Position numbers and translations under genes: made by a program. 24,317 nucleotides of DNA from a virus (Duplodnaviria; Caudoviricetes): IMG/VR virus record IMGVR_UViG_3300042331_000043, positions 1 to 24,317 of that record; one strand, 5' to 3'. Within the stretch, counting starts at the first letter, position 1, and each line of letters opens with the position of its first letter. This document shows, piece by piece, positions 23,629 through 24,317 of the stretch. Under the pieces are notes generated by a model that saw only the letters and a list, made by a program, of their open reading frames with translations, made no database searches and was not told the DNA's origin.

Positions 23629-24317
23629 TTATAGGCGGTCGAAGGTCACAAGACTGAAGGTAACAATTCCGCCGTTGGTTTCTGACCACAACGCCACGCT
23701 AAACGTCTCGTTAGCCAATCCTTTAATTCTAAAGAAAGGCATGACTGGAATCTGAACTCCTGTAGATGGAGACAAAGGCGAGAACACAGCACCAGTTCTA
23801 GGAGTGTAGACGGTAATATACCGTGGGTGGTAAGAGCCAACATTTACGGTGTTAGTGGCTATTCCTAAAACAAAATCGGCGTCTTGGTTCAAGGTAATGT
23901 ATAAGGCATCCACAAAATACATATCTTGAGTAGGTGTTGAGTACGGACCTTGATTGGCGTTTAAGGAAAGCGCACCGCCTCGATACAGTTTGTCGGCTGT
24001 AGCGTTTACAAACGAAGTGTAGCCGTAGAAGTTGACGAGGGTTCCGCTTCCACCAGTTACAGAAGCAAAACTAGGCGACGAATATAAAGTAGTATTCGAC
24101 GCCAACGAAATGCCAAGATCATTGTAGGCCCCTACTGCTTGAGAAAAAGAGGATAATGTCCATCCGCCAGTTTGCTCTATTGGACTTAATAAATAATATC
24201 CAGAGGTTCCGTATTTTTCTGCCGCTCCAACATTAAATTTCTTTTCAGTAGAAGCTGACCAATTACTTACGGCATAATTATCTGCAACCGTGTTGGCCTG
24301 ATACCCAATAAACGAAA
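23629..24317 (-). CDS. 5'-truncated hypothetical protein, Ser/Thr/Gly/Asn/aromatic-rich (possible virion surface or receptor-binding protein)
   Basis: The frame of the listed 158-aa ORF stays open upstream of 24105 to the window edge (...FIGYQANTVADNYAVSNWSAST...GISLASNTT), so the real start is outside the window. Confidence 0.7.
   Translation of the reverse strand, partial: SFIGYQANTVADNYAVSNWSASTEKKFNVGAAEKYGTSGYYLLSPIEQTGGWTLSSFSQAVGAYNDLGISLASNTTLYSSPSFASVTGGSGTLVNFYGYTSFVNATADKLYRGGALSLNANQGPYSTPTQDMYFVDALYITLNQDADFVLGIATNTVNVGSYHPRYITVYTPRTGAVFSPLSPSTGVQIPVMPFFRIKGLANETFSVALWSETNGGIVTFSLVTFDRL

Larger units (their letters stand above)
1..24317 (-). mobile_element. T7-like (Autographiviridae-like) phage genome segment: late structural, packaging and lysis module plus probable genome-end region
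   Basis: Co-oriented portal, scaffold, capsid, tail tube A/B, internal virion proteins, tail fibre, TerS and TerL in T7 gene order. No host genes, integrase or RNA polymerase in the window. Confidence 0.95.

Noticed and set aside
24103-24105. TTG start for the rightmost ORF
   Set aside because: The frame remains open to the window edge, so this is probably an internal Leu.

Overview
The window is the complete late (morphogenesis, packaging and lysis) module of a T7-like podovirus (Autographiviridae-like), with every credible gene on the minus strand. Read right to left: a truncated AT-rich beta-type protein, a tiny acidic protein, portal, scaffold, a small basic protein, a holin and overlapped spanin-like pair, major capsid, tail tubular A and B, gp13/14/15/16-like internal virion proteins, tail fibre, a second holin-like protein, TerS, a gp7.3-like protein, HNH, TerL, a divergent GH108-like lysozyme with a long low-complexity N-terminus, and a gp6.7/7.3-like protein. 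The leftmost ~520 bp is non-coding and repeat-rich and looks like the genome terminus or terminal-repeat region. The main departures from the T7 plan are: (i) a 1827-aa gp16-like ejection protein with no recognisable N-terminal transglycosylase but two inserted modules, an HExxH zincin and an unknown domain bracketed by a repeated ARMA linker; (ii) a lysis cassette inserted between scaffold and capsid; (iii) gp6.7/7.3-like genes relocated to the packaging end; (iv) several structured intergenic RNA candidates. Three small real-looking ORFs absent from the supplied track were found by manual translation. All family assignments come from motif recognition and synteny, not database searches.
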